DNA of 64,000 nucleotides. Origin: Dysosmobacter segnis (lineage in GTDB: Bacteria > Bacteroidota > Bacteroidia > Bacteroidales > Bacteroidaceae). A program made the translations under genes and the position numbers. The stretch lies in contig CAVCLB010000005.1 of NCBI GenBank assembly GCA_963602915.1, forward strand, positions 2,775 through 66,774, given 5' to 3'. The first letter of the stretch is position 1. The number at the start of each line of letters is the position of its first letter. The notes under the pieces are model-generated. The model was not told where the DNA came from. It did not search any database and saw only the letters and a list, made by a program, of their open reading frames with translations. Shown here piece by piece: positions 31,601 to 40,127 of the stretch.

Positions 31601-33356
31601 CGAGGCGGAACTTTTCCTTCTCCACCGAAGATGCCAAATAATACACATTCTTCATCATCAGCCCCCAGTTGCCTTGGTGCGGGTTGTTGCTTGTGTTCTT
31701 AAGCGACTTCACAAAGAGTGCCTGCGACACGTCGGTTATGTCTGAAGCGAACTCTCCCACTTGGTAGGTCACGCCGCCATAGGTGTATTCGTAGGCCACG
31801 GCGAGCACCTGGTCGGTTTGCAATGTGGTTTTGAGCGACACATAACCGAGTGCCGTGTTGACAGTGTATTCCGACGAGTTGAGAAGGCGTGCCTTCTCGA
31901 GTTTCTCGTAGTCGGAGCCGCCCACAAACCCCGAGATGCCGTCGAGCACGGTCGTGGTTTCGTTTATGTCGCGCGCGGTGGCATACTGGTTCACCATTGC
32001 CGCATACTCCGAGTTGGCGGCATTGGCCGGCACTTGCTGACCGGTGACGCTCCAAATGGGGTTCGACACGCGTGTGTTTTCGCCCAAGTCGGTGAGTGCA
32101 ACGATGTTGCGGGTGTTTGATGTCGTTCCCGTTTTGTTTGTAACCCAAATCTCCACACGGCTTATCTTTATGCCAGTGGTGAGGTTGGGCAGGGTTTTCA
32201 TGGCCGCGTCATACTTGTCTTTGAAGTATTGCGAGAGAAAGAAATGGCGGTTTTCCTCGTAGTTTGCGGCATCGATTTCGAATGGGGTAAACTGTTTTCC
32301 GCCTTTCGACGACACGCTTTTCGTTGTGGATTTCTTCTGCGATGCCACCAACTGCAATTTAAGTTTGCCGAACTGCAGGTCGGTGCGCAGACCGAAGAGC
32401 GACGATGCGCCCTTAACGAGCGACGAGTTGGAGGGGAACGACACGTTGCCTGCCTCGATGAGTTTCACTATCTCGTCTTCTTTGCCGTCATATTTGAGCT
32501 TAAGGTTCTGCGAGTCGAAGTCGAAAGTGGCATCGGTGTTGTAGTTGAGGTTCATGTTCACCTTGTCGCCCACGCGTCCGTTTACGCTGAGGTTAATCTT
32601 CTCGTCGAAGTCCATGGTCGTTGTTTTGCGGTTGCGTATGGGCAGCGACGGGTTGTCAATGTTCTTCATCGTTGCGCCGAATTTTAGTTCGGCGGTTCCC
32701 TGCGTCTTTATGCGCACGCCCCCGGGGCCGAATATCTTTTCGGCGGGGCCGAGGTCGAAGTGCATGTCAGAGAAGTCGAACTTCTCCTTTCCCTTTGCCT
32801 GATAGATTTCATCGTTCTTGTCGCGGAAATACTTCTGCATGGCCTTGCGCTCGCTCCACTTTCTATACTCCTCGGGAGTCATCATTATCGGGGCGTTTAT
32901 GTAGGAGTCGCTTATTTTCGAGCCCACTATGTAGCGGTCGAGCGAGTCGTTGTACACCACGTCCTGTTTCAAGTTGTCGGGGCGGCGCAGGTCGGCTGCG
33001 CCCTGGTCGAGGTCGTCGAAAGTCACGGGCATGGTGCGCTGTATTTTCCAACGTGGATGCAGCAGCGAGTCGGGTATGGTGTCGTCGTCGGCCAGCAGCG
33101 GTTGCGCCTTTATGGCCAGAGTGTCACGCGGTGAGGCTGCCGGGGCGTTGCCGGGGCGTGCCGACGCACCGGCCGCGCCGCGTTGCCGTTGTGTGGCGCG
33201 TGTGCGGTTGTCCTGCGGGCGCGGCAAAGTGAGCGCATAACCTGCCATGGTAGCGACTATGAGCAACACTGCGGTGAGGCGCATGTGCCGCAACAGGGCT
33301 GCGGCCCGGCGCAGGATGAGGGTTGTTATGTTGTGTTTGTTGAGTGAATTCATCAA
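25656..33356 (-). CDS. sprA: type IX secretion system outer-membrane translocon SprA/Sov
   Basis: The ORF is 2566 aa. Its N-terminus matches SprA: ...PDSLLHPRWKIQRT..., GGVRIKTQGTAELKFGATMKNIDNPSLP, KINLSVNGRVGDKVNMNLNYNTDATFDFDSQNLKLKYDGKEDEIVKLIEAGNVSF and RVEIWVTNK. A giant beta-barrel-like C-terminal region ends in ...GLSLKFSLTR. Confidence 0.93.
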   Translation of the reverse strand: MMNSLNKHNITTLILRRAAALLRHMRLTAVLLIVATMAGYALTLPRPQDNRTRATQRQRGAAGASARPGNAPAASPRDTLAIKAQPLLADDDTIPDSLLHPRWKIQRTMPVTFDDLDQGAADLRRPDNLKQDVVYNDSLDRYIVGSKISDSYINAPIMMTPEEYRKWSERKAMQKYFRDKNDEIYQAKGKEKFDFSDMHFDLGPAEKIFGPGGVRIKTQGTAELKFGATMKNIDNPSLPIRNRKTTTMDFDEKINLSVNGRVGDKVNMNLNYNTDATFDFDSQNLKLKYDGKEDEIVKLIEAGNVSFPSNSSLVKGASSLFGLRTDLQFGKLKLQLVASQKKSTTKSVSSKGGKQFTPFEIDAANYEENRHFFLSQYFKDKYDAAMKTLPNLTTGIKISRVEIWVTNKTGTTSNTRNIVALTDLGENTRVSNPIWSVTGQQVPANAANSEYAAMVNQYATARDINETTTVLDGISGFVGGSDYEKLEKARLLNSSEYTVNTALGYVSLKTTLQTDQVLAVAYEYTYGGVTYQVGEFASDITDVSQALFVKSLKNTSNNPHQGNWGLMMKNVYYLASSVEKEKFRLDVKFQSDTAGVYLTYIPEAQVKDQTIIKLLGADRLDNNNKAHSNGYFDYVEGYTVSNGRVFFPVAEPFGKYMRDYLTGHGVAADVAEKYAFTELYDSTKTVAKQIAEKDKYVLMGQFRGTSANVISLGAYNIPQGSVVVTAGGVTLTEGSDYSVDYSGGEVTILNQSIIDAGTSVNVSLESNTDYAQERKTMFGMNWEYDFSKNFQLSGTIQHLSEQALTTKVTMGSEPLNNTLWGLNVNWKKESQWLTNMLDKLPFLHLTQPSSISFSGEFAQLIAGQSHGTQDNASYLDDFENTKNTIDVSTPTSWVLSSVPSMFSESSDKTTLQSGFNRSRLAWYTIDPLFTRRSSSLTPTHIKSDLDQLSNHYVREIYVNQLFPNRNQSSYNGATSTLSVLNLAYYPNERGPYNFNPDLNYDGTLNNPQQHWGGMMRKLDTNDFETANVEYIEFWMLDPFIYTREQGVANDYGGDFYINLGELSEDVLRDGKKFYESGMPVDGSSSFTTTQWGKIPNQATVTYAFATSKGSRALQDVGLNGLNDEEEQKFESYQDFLTAVQGKVSPAVWDSIWADPAADDYHYFRGTDYDREQASILRRYKYINNPQGNSPDNDSRTEGYDTSYKSTPDVEDINQDYTLNEYEKYFQYRISIRPEDLEVGRNYIVDKRVTRPKLRNNKTEEATWYQFRIPLDEYERKVGSISDFTSIRFMRMFLTGFSHPIVLRFATLDLVRGEWRVYEQNLDNSASQSGKISVSAVSIEENNDKTPVNYVLPPGIQRGQDPTQPQLVENNEQALAMTLTNLGTGESKAVYKNTTVDLRQYKRMQMFVHANVLEPNATNLQDDQLAVFIRLGSDYKSNYYEYEIPLKITPNKSDYNKYSRSDCEAVWPTDNMLDVPLTVFTALKKARNKAKAEGLASYNRAYSAYDSDKPQNKITVMGNPTLGEVKTMVIGVRNNSGDVKSGEVWVNELRLKEYNNSGGWAAQGNLNMQLSDLGSINMQGRYTSSGFGGLEEGVSQRSTDDYQNYSLTANVELGKFFPDKAKVSAPLYYSITKEKTSPKYNPLDTDMELSDALDAAGSKHERDSIESIAVTKVTQTNFSLSNVRVGIQNKRHPMPYDPANFSFSYSHSHSYTTGETTVYEKEDNWRGSLNYSWTPVYKAFEPFRKIKSRSKWFDILKRFGLNWLPQNIGFNTDITRNYYELQERDMESMEDTNLPLTFSSQFLWNREFTLRWDLTKNLHMNFQSATHAEIEQPYTPVNKDLYPDNYTAWKDSVWTSIKHFGEPLDYNQTFSLSYKLPLNLIPVFDWITADASYNATYNWLRGTDLEDGTSLGNTISNNRQLNINGTFNMEKLYNHVPFLKKVNEKFKKSSSTPKLRNTRPSAQQKKNQATKDDKKGAAGKSQAQLGKELPKNKKSFEKEITLMPDTVVKINHGKRSKRIIVAAKTEDGKKFNLKYRRLDDNNIRILNKVDSALKLKITVTAKEPVEENGWYRAAQSAARVLMMVRNLNFSYRNQYSMSLPGFMPTIGKAFGQSRGAGVLTPGLDFAFGMIGDSYIEKARDNGWLLMSDSVATPATTNKTEDLQLRATLEPVRNLKIDLNASRTQTTARSVQYMYQGNPTTQSGTFTMTTLSLGSAFEGAGNASNGFHSPTFEHFCKSLDSYRERVEAQYAGSVYPEGTTFAGKTFDAKNGGVNKYSSDVMVPAFLAAYTSMGSGSLSLFPSLAHLLPNWSVRYSGLSQLPWFRDVFKSVNINHSYKSIYAVGSYSSYSTFMEYMNGLGFINDATSGNPIPNSMYNVSTVSLNESFSPLLGVDVTLQNNMTVKLEYRSTRVLNLSMTSVQINESSSHDWVLGAGYTISNFNLFGGRNHRAVKTKKKGSGNDSQQSQKNTQSSQKNTRRGGVNTDLKLRLDLSLRKQASISRDIATMTSSANSGNTAFKLSFSADYTLSRLLTMSFYYDRQTNTPLLSSSSYPTTTQDFGLSLKFSLTR

Positions 33357-33445
33357 TGGTTTGTTGCTTCAGGGCGGCACACCGTGCCGAAGTCCCGTCG
33401 GTCGTTGGTTTTCTTTGTGTAAAAGAAGGGCTGTGCCCCGACATT

Positions 33446-34060
33446 CTATTTTATCTGTTTCAGGGCGAGTTTCACCACCTGCTCAACATGTAGTGTGGGT
33501 TGTTCCTGCAGAATAGCGGTAACCACCTTTGCCGATGGAGCCGGCGAGAAGCCGAGCATGGTGAGTGCCGACACGGCCTCGTCGCGCACGCTGGCATCCA
33601 CTCCGGCGTCGGCCGCAGTTCCGGCGGGCAGTTCTGTGGCCACGCCCGAGGTCACAATCTTGTCCTTCAAGTCGACAATGAGCCTTTGGGCAGTCTTCAA
33701 TCCGATGCCTTTCACGCTCTTCAGAAGCTTCTCGTTGCCGGTGGAAATGGCGTTGCAAAGCTCTGCCGGAGTGGCGGCCGAGAGTATCATGCGTGCCGAA
33801 TTGGCTCCCACTCCCGACACCGAGATGAGCAAACGGTAGAGCTCGCGCTCTTGCTTGGTAGCAAAACCGTAGAATGTGTAGGAGTCGTCGCGACCTCCTG
33901 TCACAAGCGACTCGTGCACATAGAGTTTGGCTTCTTTCTTGCCTTGAATGAAGGTGTAGGTGTTGAGCGATATGTTGAGTGCGTAGCCCACGCCGTAGGC
34001 TTCTATCACCGCGAGGGCGGGAGTGAGTTCGGCAAGCTCGCCTTTTATGTAGTCAATCAT
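33446..34060 (-). CDS. ruvA: Holliday junction branch-migration complex subunit RuvA
   Basis: The ORF is 204 aa with [35 protein letters not shown] and HhH motifs ([33 protein letters not shown]). Confidence 0.95.
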   Translation of the reverse strand: MIDYIKGELAELTPALAVIEAYGVGYALNISLNTYTFIQGKKEAKLYVHESLVTGGRDDSYTFYGFATKQERELYRLLISVSGVGANSARMILSAATPAELCNAISTGNEKLLKSVKGIGLKTAQRLIVDLKDKIVTSGVATELPAGTAADAGVDASVRDEAVSALTMLGFSPAPSAKVVTAILQEQPTLHVEQVVKLALKQIK

Positions 34061-34212
34061 CTTTCAAGTTGTTATTCAGTGCCGTGCGGCGCATGGTTGT
34101 CGCATTGCCGCAAACGGTCAGCGCACGCACATATAATATATTATTAACGAGCGAAGCCTTGCTTTATTGTGTGGGGGCATCATTTTATGCCGCAAAAAAG
34201 GCTTCAATGCTG

Positions 34213-34290
34213 GCGTGCAGCATATGGTGCACGCATGCAAGGCATATGCAACACACGCGTGCAGCACATGATGCACGCGGCGGCGAAGCC
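34213..34290. repeat. GC-rich palindromic repeat family, locus C
   Basis: It contains GCGTGCA-GCATATGG-TGCACGC and CGCGTGCA-GCACATGA-TGCACGCG hairpin units followed by GCGGCGAAGCC. The sequence is related to 48298-48384 (inverted) and 62131-62216. Confidence 0.75.
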
Positions 34291-34377
34291 CCGACTGACT
34301 ACTACCGAAACGTAGGTAAAATGGCCGAATAGGCTTAAAAACACAAGCAAGAAAGGCGTTTAACCCACAATTTTCAG

Positions 34378-34385
34378 TAAATTTG
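34378..34385 (+). promoter_or_regulatory. -7 promoter box TAAATTTG upstream of ddh
   Basis: It is an exact match, about 100 nt upstream of ATG 34485. Confidence 0.4.
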
Positions 34386-34484
34386 CAGTCGCAACGGCAT
34401 TTGCGAAAACCGCCGCAAGCAATTGCAAGTGACGGTAAAGGAATAACCTGGAGACGACAACAACCAATAAAACGACAATAGAAA

Positions 34485-35384
34485 ATGAAGAAAATCAGAG
34501 CAGCCGTAGTGGGTTACGGCAACATCGGACGCTACACGGTGCAGGCACTCGAGGCCGCACCCGATTTCGAAATTGCTGGAATTGTGCGCCGCAACGGCGC
34601 GGCAGACAAGCCGGCAGAGCTTGCCGAATATGAAGTGGTGAAGGACATTACCGAGCTCGACAACGTGGATGTAGCAATACTGGCCACTCCCACACGTTCG
34701 TGCGAGGAGTATGCCAAGCGCATACTGCCCTTGGGCATCAACACAGTGGATAGTTTCGACATTCACACCTCGATACTCGACTACCGCGCCACGCTCATGC
34801 CCGTATGCAAGGAGCACAATGCTGTGGCAGTGATAGCAGCTGGATGGGACCCGGGCAGCGACTCGATAGTGCGCACTCTCATGCAGAGCCTCGCGCCGAA
34901 GGGACTGAGCTACACCAATTTCGGTCCGGGCATGTCGATGGGCCACAGCGTATGCGTGCGTTCGAAAGAGGGCGTGCGCAACGCGCTTTCGATGACAATA
35001 CCCAAGGGCGAAGGTCTGCACCGCCGCATGGTGTATGTTGAACTCGAGCCGGGGGCCAACCTTGAAGAGGTGACAAAGGCCATTAAAGCCGACCCGTATT
35101 TTGCCAATGACGAGACACATGTGTTTGAAGTGGAGTCGGTGGACGACGTGCGCGACATGGGACACGGCGTTAACCTCGTGCGCAAGGGCGTGAGCGGCAC
35201 AACGCAAAACCAGCGCATGGAGTTCAACATGAGCATAAACAACCCGGCACTCACTGGCCAGGTGCTCGTAAATGTGGCACGCGCCTCGATGCGCCAGCAG
35301 CCCGGATGCTACACAATGGTTGAAATTCCGGTTATCGATATGCTCGCTGGCAACCGCGAAGAACTCATCTCACATCTCGTGTAA
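34485..35384 (+). CDS. ddh: meso-diaminopimelate D-dehydrogenase
   Basis: The ORF is 299 aa with an N-terminal Rossmann fold (MKKIRAAVVGYGNIGRY), VIAAGWDPGSDS and NFGPGMSMGHS. Confidence 0.9.
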   Translation: MKKIRAAVVGYGNIGRYTVQALEAAPDFEIAGIVRRNGAADKPAELAEYEVVKDITELDNVDVAILATPTRSCEEYAKRILPLGINTVDSFDIHTSILDYRATLMPVCKEHNAVAVIAAGWDPGSDSIVRTLMQSLAPKGLSYTNFGPGMSMGHSVCVRSKEGVRNALSMTIPKGEGLHRRMVYVELEPGANLEEVTKAIKADPYFANDETHVFEVESVDDVRDMGHGVNLVRKGVSGTTQNQRMEFNMSINNPALTGQVLVNVARASMRQQPGCYTMVEIPVIDMLAGNREELISHLV

Positions 35385-35416
35385 CGGCCCACAAGCCACA
35401 CGAGTGCACCTACTCC

Positions 35417-35466
35417 ACCGGGCCGTCAACAGTCATTCAATGCTGCTGACGGCCCGGTTTTTATTG
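35417..35466 (+). terminator. rho-independent terminator of ddh
   Basis: The 12-bp stem ACCGGGCCGTCA / TGACGGCCCGGT is followed by TTTTTATTG. Confidence 0.85.
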
Positions 35467-35552
35467 TTCTCAAATCGCACCAAGTTGTTTTTTTATCGTC
35501 ACTTTAACCTATTCCAACCGGGAAATGTTTCACGAAAGTCGCAAATTATTCG

Positions 35553-35560
35553 TAATTTTG
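35553..35560 (+). promoter_or_regulatory. -7 promoter box TAATTTTG upstream of the sulfatase gene
   Basis: It is an exact match, 55 nt upstream of ATG 35615 and downstream of the track's ORF start (35525). Confidence 0.45.
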
Positions 35561-35614
35561 CAATTGCCAAAACCTACCTATAAAAACATTTTCAAACAAA
35601 ACAAACCTACAAAA

Positions 35615-37306
35615 ATGCAACAATCCACAAAACTCATACTGCCCATAGCAGCTCTCTCGTGCTGCGCAGCAACCGTGCAGGCGCAACAAAAAGCCGCGCA
35701 GGCACACCCTAACATTGTCTACATAATGTGCGATGACCACGCATTCCAGTGCATAAGCGCATACGGCGGCCCGATAGGAAGGCTCGCCCCTACCCCAAAC
35801 ATCGACCGTTTGGCACAACGCGGAATGCGGTTCGACCGGGCATTCGTTGAAAACTCACTGTCAACACCGTCACGCGCTTGCCTCATAACCGGCCTTTACA
35901 GCAATCAGAACGGGCAGCGACAGCTTGCCGAGGGCGTAGACACCACACGCACTTTCTTCACCGAACTGCTGCAACAGGCTGGCTATCAGACTGCCGTGGT
36001 GGGCAAATGGCACATGGGATGCAATCCGAAGGGATTCGACTACTATCATGTGTACAACGACCAGGGACAATACTGGAACCCGCAGTACCGCGGTTCGGAC
36101 ACGGGCAACAAATACATCGTAGAGGAAGGCTACTCCACCGACCTCACCACCGACCATGCCCTCGACTTCATAGAGCACCGCGACCCCAACAAACCGTTCT
36201 GCCTCATGCTGCACCATAAGGCTCCGCACCGAAACTGGCAGGCCAACTTGAAATACTTGGGAATGTATGACAACGTGGAATTTCCGCAGCCCGAAACGTT
36301 CTACGACGACTATGCCACACGCGGTTCGGCAGTGCGCACACAGAAGATGAGCGTAACAAAGGACATGCGTTGGGAGCAGGATTTCAAGGTGCCAGAGATG
36401 CTCGACACCACAAATGCCGACAGTTGGGACTCATATCTGAGTCTGATGGGCGAAATAAACCGCATGACCCCGGCACAGCGCAACGCATGGGGCAAGTATT
36501 ATTTCCCGCGAAACAGAAAGCTGCTCGAAGCCAACCTCACCGGCAAGGAGCTTGACAACTGGAAATACCAAAGCTACATACGCGACTACATGAGCGTCAT
36601 TGCCAGCGTTGACGAGAGCGTGGGACGCGTGCTCGACTACCTCGACCGCAACGGACTCACCGACAACACAATCATAGTCTACACCTCCGACCAGGGCTTC
36701 TACATGGGCGAACACGGGTGGTTTGACAAGCGTTTCATGTATGAGGAGTCGCTGCGCACGCCGCTCATCATCTCCTATCCCGGACACACAAAGCCTGGTT
36801 CGGTGTGCACAAAGCTCGTGCAGAACATCGACTACGCTCCCACATTCCTCGACCTCGCAGGCATCAAGAAACCAAGCGAGATGCCCGGACGCTCGCTCGT
36901 GCCCGTATTCGACAACGGCGACAACGTGAAGAACTGGCGCACAAGCATCTACTACCACTACTACGACTACCCCACCTACCACATGGTGCGCAAACACGAC
37001 GGAGTGCGCACCGACCGTTACAAGCTGATACACTTCTACGGCAAGGGCGGAACAGACGCCATTCAGGAAAACAAATACCAGCGTCAGCCGGGAACACGCG
37101 AATATCGCGGAGCAAAATATCTCGAGTCGCTCGGCTATTTCGAGCCCAAGGATTCGGAAATAAACTACACCGAGCTGTATGACTTGCAGTCAGACCCGCA
37201 CGAACTCAACAACATCTTCGGCAAACCGGGCTATGAGAAGATTACCAAACAGCTGCAACGCGAACTTGATAAATACCGCAAGAGCCTCAACATCGACGAA
37301 TACTAA
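35615..37306 (+). CDS. sulfatase (Ser-type formylglycine sulfatase, S1 family), secreted
   Basis: It has a signal peptide (MQQSTKLILPIAALSCCAATVQA), NIVYIMCDDH, the active-site box SLSTPSRACLITG (S-x-P-x-R) and a GKWH motif. The start is trimmed to ATG 35615. Confidence 0.9.
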   Translation: MQQSTKLILPIAALSCCAATVQAQQKAAQAHPNIVYIMCDDHAFQCISAYGGPIGRLAPTPNIDRLAQRGMRFDRAFVENSLSTPSRACLITGLYSNQNGQRQLAEGVDTTRTFFTELLQQAGYQTAVVGKWHMGCNPKGFDYYHVYNDQGQYWNPQYRGSDTGNKYIVEEGYSTDLTTDHALDFIEHRDPNKPFCLMLHHKAPHRNWQANLKYLGMYDNVEFPQPETFYDDYATRGSAVRTQKMSVTKDMRWEQDFKVPEMLDTTNADSWDSYLSLMGEINRMTPAQRNAWGKYYFPRNRKLLEANLTGKELDNWKYQSYIRDYMSVIASVDESVGRVLDYLDRNGLTDNTIIVYTSDQGFYMGEHGWFDKRFMYEESLRTPLIISYPGHTKPGSVCTKLVQNIDYAPTFLDLAGIKKPSEMPGRSLVPVFDNGDNVKNWRTSIYYHYYDYPTYHMVRKHDGVRTDRYKLIHFYGKGGTDAIQENKYQRQPGTREYRGAKYLESLGYFEPKDSEINYTELYDLQSDPHELNNIFGKPGYEKITKQLQRELDKYRKSLNIDEY

Positions 37307-37391
37307 AATGCGGTAAGCACTGCAATACCCTTCAACTGTCAGCAAAACAATGACATAAGTGGCCGATTTGCGTGCGAAACAATATTTACCC

Positions 37392-37434
37392 GACAGCGGT
37401 TGCAGACTTTTCTGCAGCCGCTGTCTTCGTTTGC
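37392..37434 (+). terminator. rho-independent terminator of the sulfatase gene
   Basis: The stem GACAGCGGTTGCAG / CTGCAGCCGCTGTC (one G.U pair) is followed by TTCGTTTG. Confidence 0.7.
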
Positions 37435-37518
37435 CGCAGAGCCTACATACCGCACCTAGGCCCGCCAAAGCAATGAAATAAAACGTGTATTTATCTTGTA
37501 TGTTACACCGATTTTGTG

Positions 37519-37526
37519 TAAGTTTG
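37519..37526 (+). promoter_or_regulatory. -7 promoter box TAAGTTTG upstream of murF-alr
   Basis: It is an exact match, 27 nt upstream of ATG 37553. Confidence 0.5.
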
Positions 37527-37552
37527 CACCCATATAAAACATTTTAGGCAAA

Positions 37553-40027
37553 ATGACTTATACTATAGAAAAGGTAACGACGCTCATCGGGGCGCACCGT
37601 TACGGCACAGCCGATGCCAACATCGGGTTTCTGCTCACCGACAGCCGCTCTTTGTGCTTCGCCGAAGAAACCCTGTTCTTTGCCCTGAAATCGGGGCGCA
37701 ACGACGGTCACCGCTATATATTCGACCTCTACCGGCGCGGAGTGCGCAACTTTGTAGTGGAGGATGTCCCGGCCGACTACGGCACAGCATACGCCGACGC
37801 CAACTTCCTGAAAGTGGCCGACACGCTTGTAGCACTGCAAAGACTGGCCGAACGCCACCGCGACGAGTTTGACATTCCCATCGTTGGAATAACCGGCAGC
37901 AACGGCAAGACAATAGTGAAGGAATGGCTCTACCAGCTACTCTCGCCCGAAATGACAGTCACACGTTCGCCGCGAAGCTACAACTCGCAGATAGGCGTGC
38001 CGCTGTCGGTGTGGCTTCTCAACGAGCAAAGCGAGGTGGGAGTGTTCGAAGCTGGCATTTCAGAGCCCGGAGAGATGCTCGCACTGCGCGACATCATACA
38101 GCCAACAACCGCAGTCCTGACGTTCGTGGGCGATGCTCACCAGAAAAATTTCAGTTCGCTCGAAGAGAAATGCCGCGAAAAAGTGATACTGTTTCACGAT
38201 GCCAAGACCATTGTCTACTGCAAAGACGACGACGTGGTGGAGCAAGTGGTGGCGTCATCCGACTATCGCGGCGAGAAGCTCTGCTGGTCGATGAAAGACA
38301 ACACAGTGCCGTTCTTCGTGGAAAGCGTGGAAAAAGACGGGCTCTGCTCAACCATACATTATATATACAACGGCGTGAAAGGATCATACAAAATACCTTT
38401 CATCGACGACGCATCGGTGCGCAACTCAGCCACAACAGCCGTGGTGGCATTGCATCTTGGCCTTAAGCGCGATATGCTCGCAAACCGCATGCACTCTCTC
38501 GAGCAGGTGGCTATGCGCCTAGAAGTGAAAGAAGGACAGCACGGATGCACTCTCATCAACGACTCCTACAACTCCGACATCAACTCACTCGACATCGCCC
38601 TCGACTTCATGAACCGCCGGCCCGACCACAAGGGACGCAAACGCACGCTCATTCTGAGCGACATCTACCAGACGGGCGAACCTCTCGAAACACTCTACAA
38701 CGAGGTGTCAAACCTCGCATTGCAGCGCGGCGTGCAGAAAATAATAGGCATCGGGCCGCAGATTATGGCACATGCCGACCTCATACGACTGCCTGAAAAG
38801 TTCTTCTTCCACGACGTCACGTCGTTCATACACAGTGAAGTGTTCAAGTCACTGCGCGATGAAGTGATTCTCATCAAGGGGGCGCGACGCTTCGGTTTCG
38901 ACAACATCACCGAACTGCTGGTGCAGAAAGTGCACGAGACAATACTCGAGGTGAACCTCTCCAACGTAGTGAAAAACCTCAACCACTACCGCTCTTTCAT
39001 GCGCCCGGAAACCAAACTCGTGTGCATGATAAAGGCCGACGCCTACGGGGCAGGCAGCGTGGAGATTGCCAAGACACTGCAAGACCACCGCGTTGACTAC
39101 CTCGCCGTGGCCGTAGCCGACGAGGGCGTGACGCTGAGAAAGAACGGAATAACGTCGAACATTATGATTATGAACCCCGAAATGACGGCGTTCAAGACCA
39201 TGTTCGACTACGAACTGGAACCGGAAATCTACTCGTTCAGACTTCTTGATGCTCTCGTGCGCGAGGCACAGAAGGAAGGCATCAACAATTTCCCTGTGCA
39301 CATAAAGCTCGACACAGGCATGCACCGGCTTGGCTTCGACCCCGAACACGACATCGACGAACTCATATCGCGCCTGCAACAACAGTCGGCAATAATCCCG
39401 CGCTCGGTGTTCTCGCATTTCGTGGGAAGCGATTCCGACAGTTTCGACGGCTTCTCCGAACATCAGTTCAAGCTCTTCGACAAAGCAAGCAGCAAGTTGT
39501 GCGCCGCATTTCCCCACAAGATTCTGCGCCACATCGACAATTCTGCAGGCATAGAACACTTCCCCGAAAGGCAGCTCGACATGTGCCGTCTCGGACTTGG
39601 ACTTTATGGTTACGACCCGCGCGACAACTCGATGATAAACAACGTGAGCACACTGATGACCACAATACTGCAAATGCGCGAAGTGAAAGCAGGCGAAACC
39701 GTGGGCTACAGCCGCAATGGCACGATAGAACACGACTCGGTTATCGCCGCAATACCTATCGGATATGCCGACGGACTCAACCGACATCTCGGCAACAGAC
39801 ATTGCTATTGTCTGGTGAACGGCAAGAAAGCCTACTATGTGGGCAACATCTGCATGGATGTGGCAATGATTGATGTCACCGGAATTGACTGCAAAGAGGG
39901 CGACAGGGTTGAGATTTTCGGTGAGCAACTGCCGGTTACTGTGTTGTCGGACACGCTCAACACCATACCCTACGAGGTGCTCACCGGTATCAGCAACCGC
40001 GTGAAACGCATCTACTACCAAGACTGA
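37553..40027 (+). CDS. bifunctional MurF-like UDP-MurNAc-tripeptide--D-Ala-D-Ala ligase / alanine racemase fusion
   Basis: The ORF is 824 aa. The N-terminal half has a Mur ligase P-loop (IVGITGSNGKTIVKEWL). The C-terminal half has the PLP-lysine box VCMIKADAYGAG and the racemase tail PYEVLTGISNRVKRIY. Confidence 0.9.
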   Translation: MTYTIEKVTTLIGAHRYGTADANIGFLLTDSRSLCFAEETLFFALKSGRNDGHRYIFDLYRRGVRNFVVEDVPADYGTAYADANFLKVADTLVALQRLAERHRDEFDIPIVGITGSNGKTIVKEWLYQLLSPEMTVTRSPRSYNSQIGVPLSVWLLNEQSEVGVFEAGISEPGEMLALRDIIQPTTAVLTFVGDAHQKNFSSLEEKCREKVILFHDAKTIVYCKDDDVVEQVVASSDYRGEKLCWSMKDNTVPFFVESVEKDGLCSTIHYIYNGVKGSYKIPFIDDASVRNSATTAVVALHLGLKRDMLANRMHSLEQVAMRLEVKEGQHGCTLINDSYNSDINSLDIALDFMNRRPDHKGRKRTLILSDIYQTGEPLETLYNEVSNLALQRGVQKIIGIGPQIMAHADLIRLPEKFFFHDVTSFIHSEVFKSLRDEVILIKGARRFGFDNITELLVQKVHETILEVNLSNVVKNLNHYRSFMRPETKLVCMIKADAYGAGSVEIAKTLQDHRVDYLAVAVADEGVTLRKNGITSNIMIMNPEMTAFKTMFDYELEPEIYSFRLLDALVREAQKEGINNFPVHIKLDTGMHRLGFDPEHDIDELISRLQQQSAIIPRSVFSHFVGSDSDSFDGFSEHQFKLFDKASSKLCAAFPHKILRHIDNSAGIEHFPERQLDMCRLGLGLYGYDPRDNSMINNVSTLMTTILQMREVKAGETVGYSRNGTIEHDSVIAAIPIGYADGLNRHLGNRHCYCLVNGKKAYYVGNICMDVAMIDVTGIDCKEGDRVEIFGEQLPVTVLSDTLNTIPYEVLTGISNRVKRIYYQD

Positions 40028-40053
40028 AAACCACGCAGACACATAAAAAACGA

Positions 40054-40098
40054 AAAGGACTCCAATAGGCTATCGGCCACATTGGAGTCCTTTTTGTT
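40054..40098. terminator. bidirectional terminator between murF-alr (+) and manA (-)
   Basis: The 13-bp stem AAAGGACTCCAAT / ATTGGAGTCCTTT has A/T runs on both sides. Confidence 0.85.
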
Positions 40099-40127
40099 GT
40101 TTATATATGTGCTATTACGGCACCGAT

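Noticed and set aside
34374-35207. A 277-aa minus-strand ORF lies opposite ddh.
   Set aside because: It is a shadow frame of a confidently identified gene.
38849-40042. A 397-aa minus-strand ORF lies opposite the alanine-racemase half of murF-alr.
   Set aside because: It is a shadow ORF. It is H/V/F-rich, has no start context or promoter, and overlaps a well-supported gene completely.
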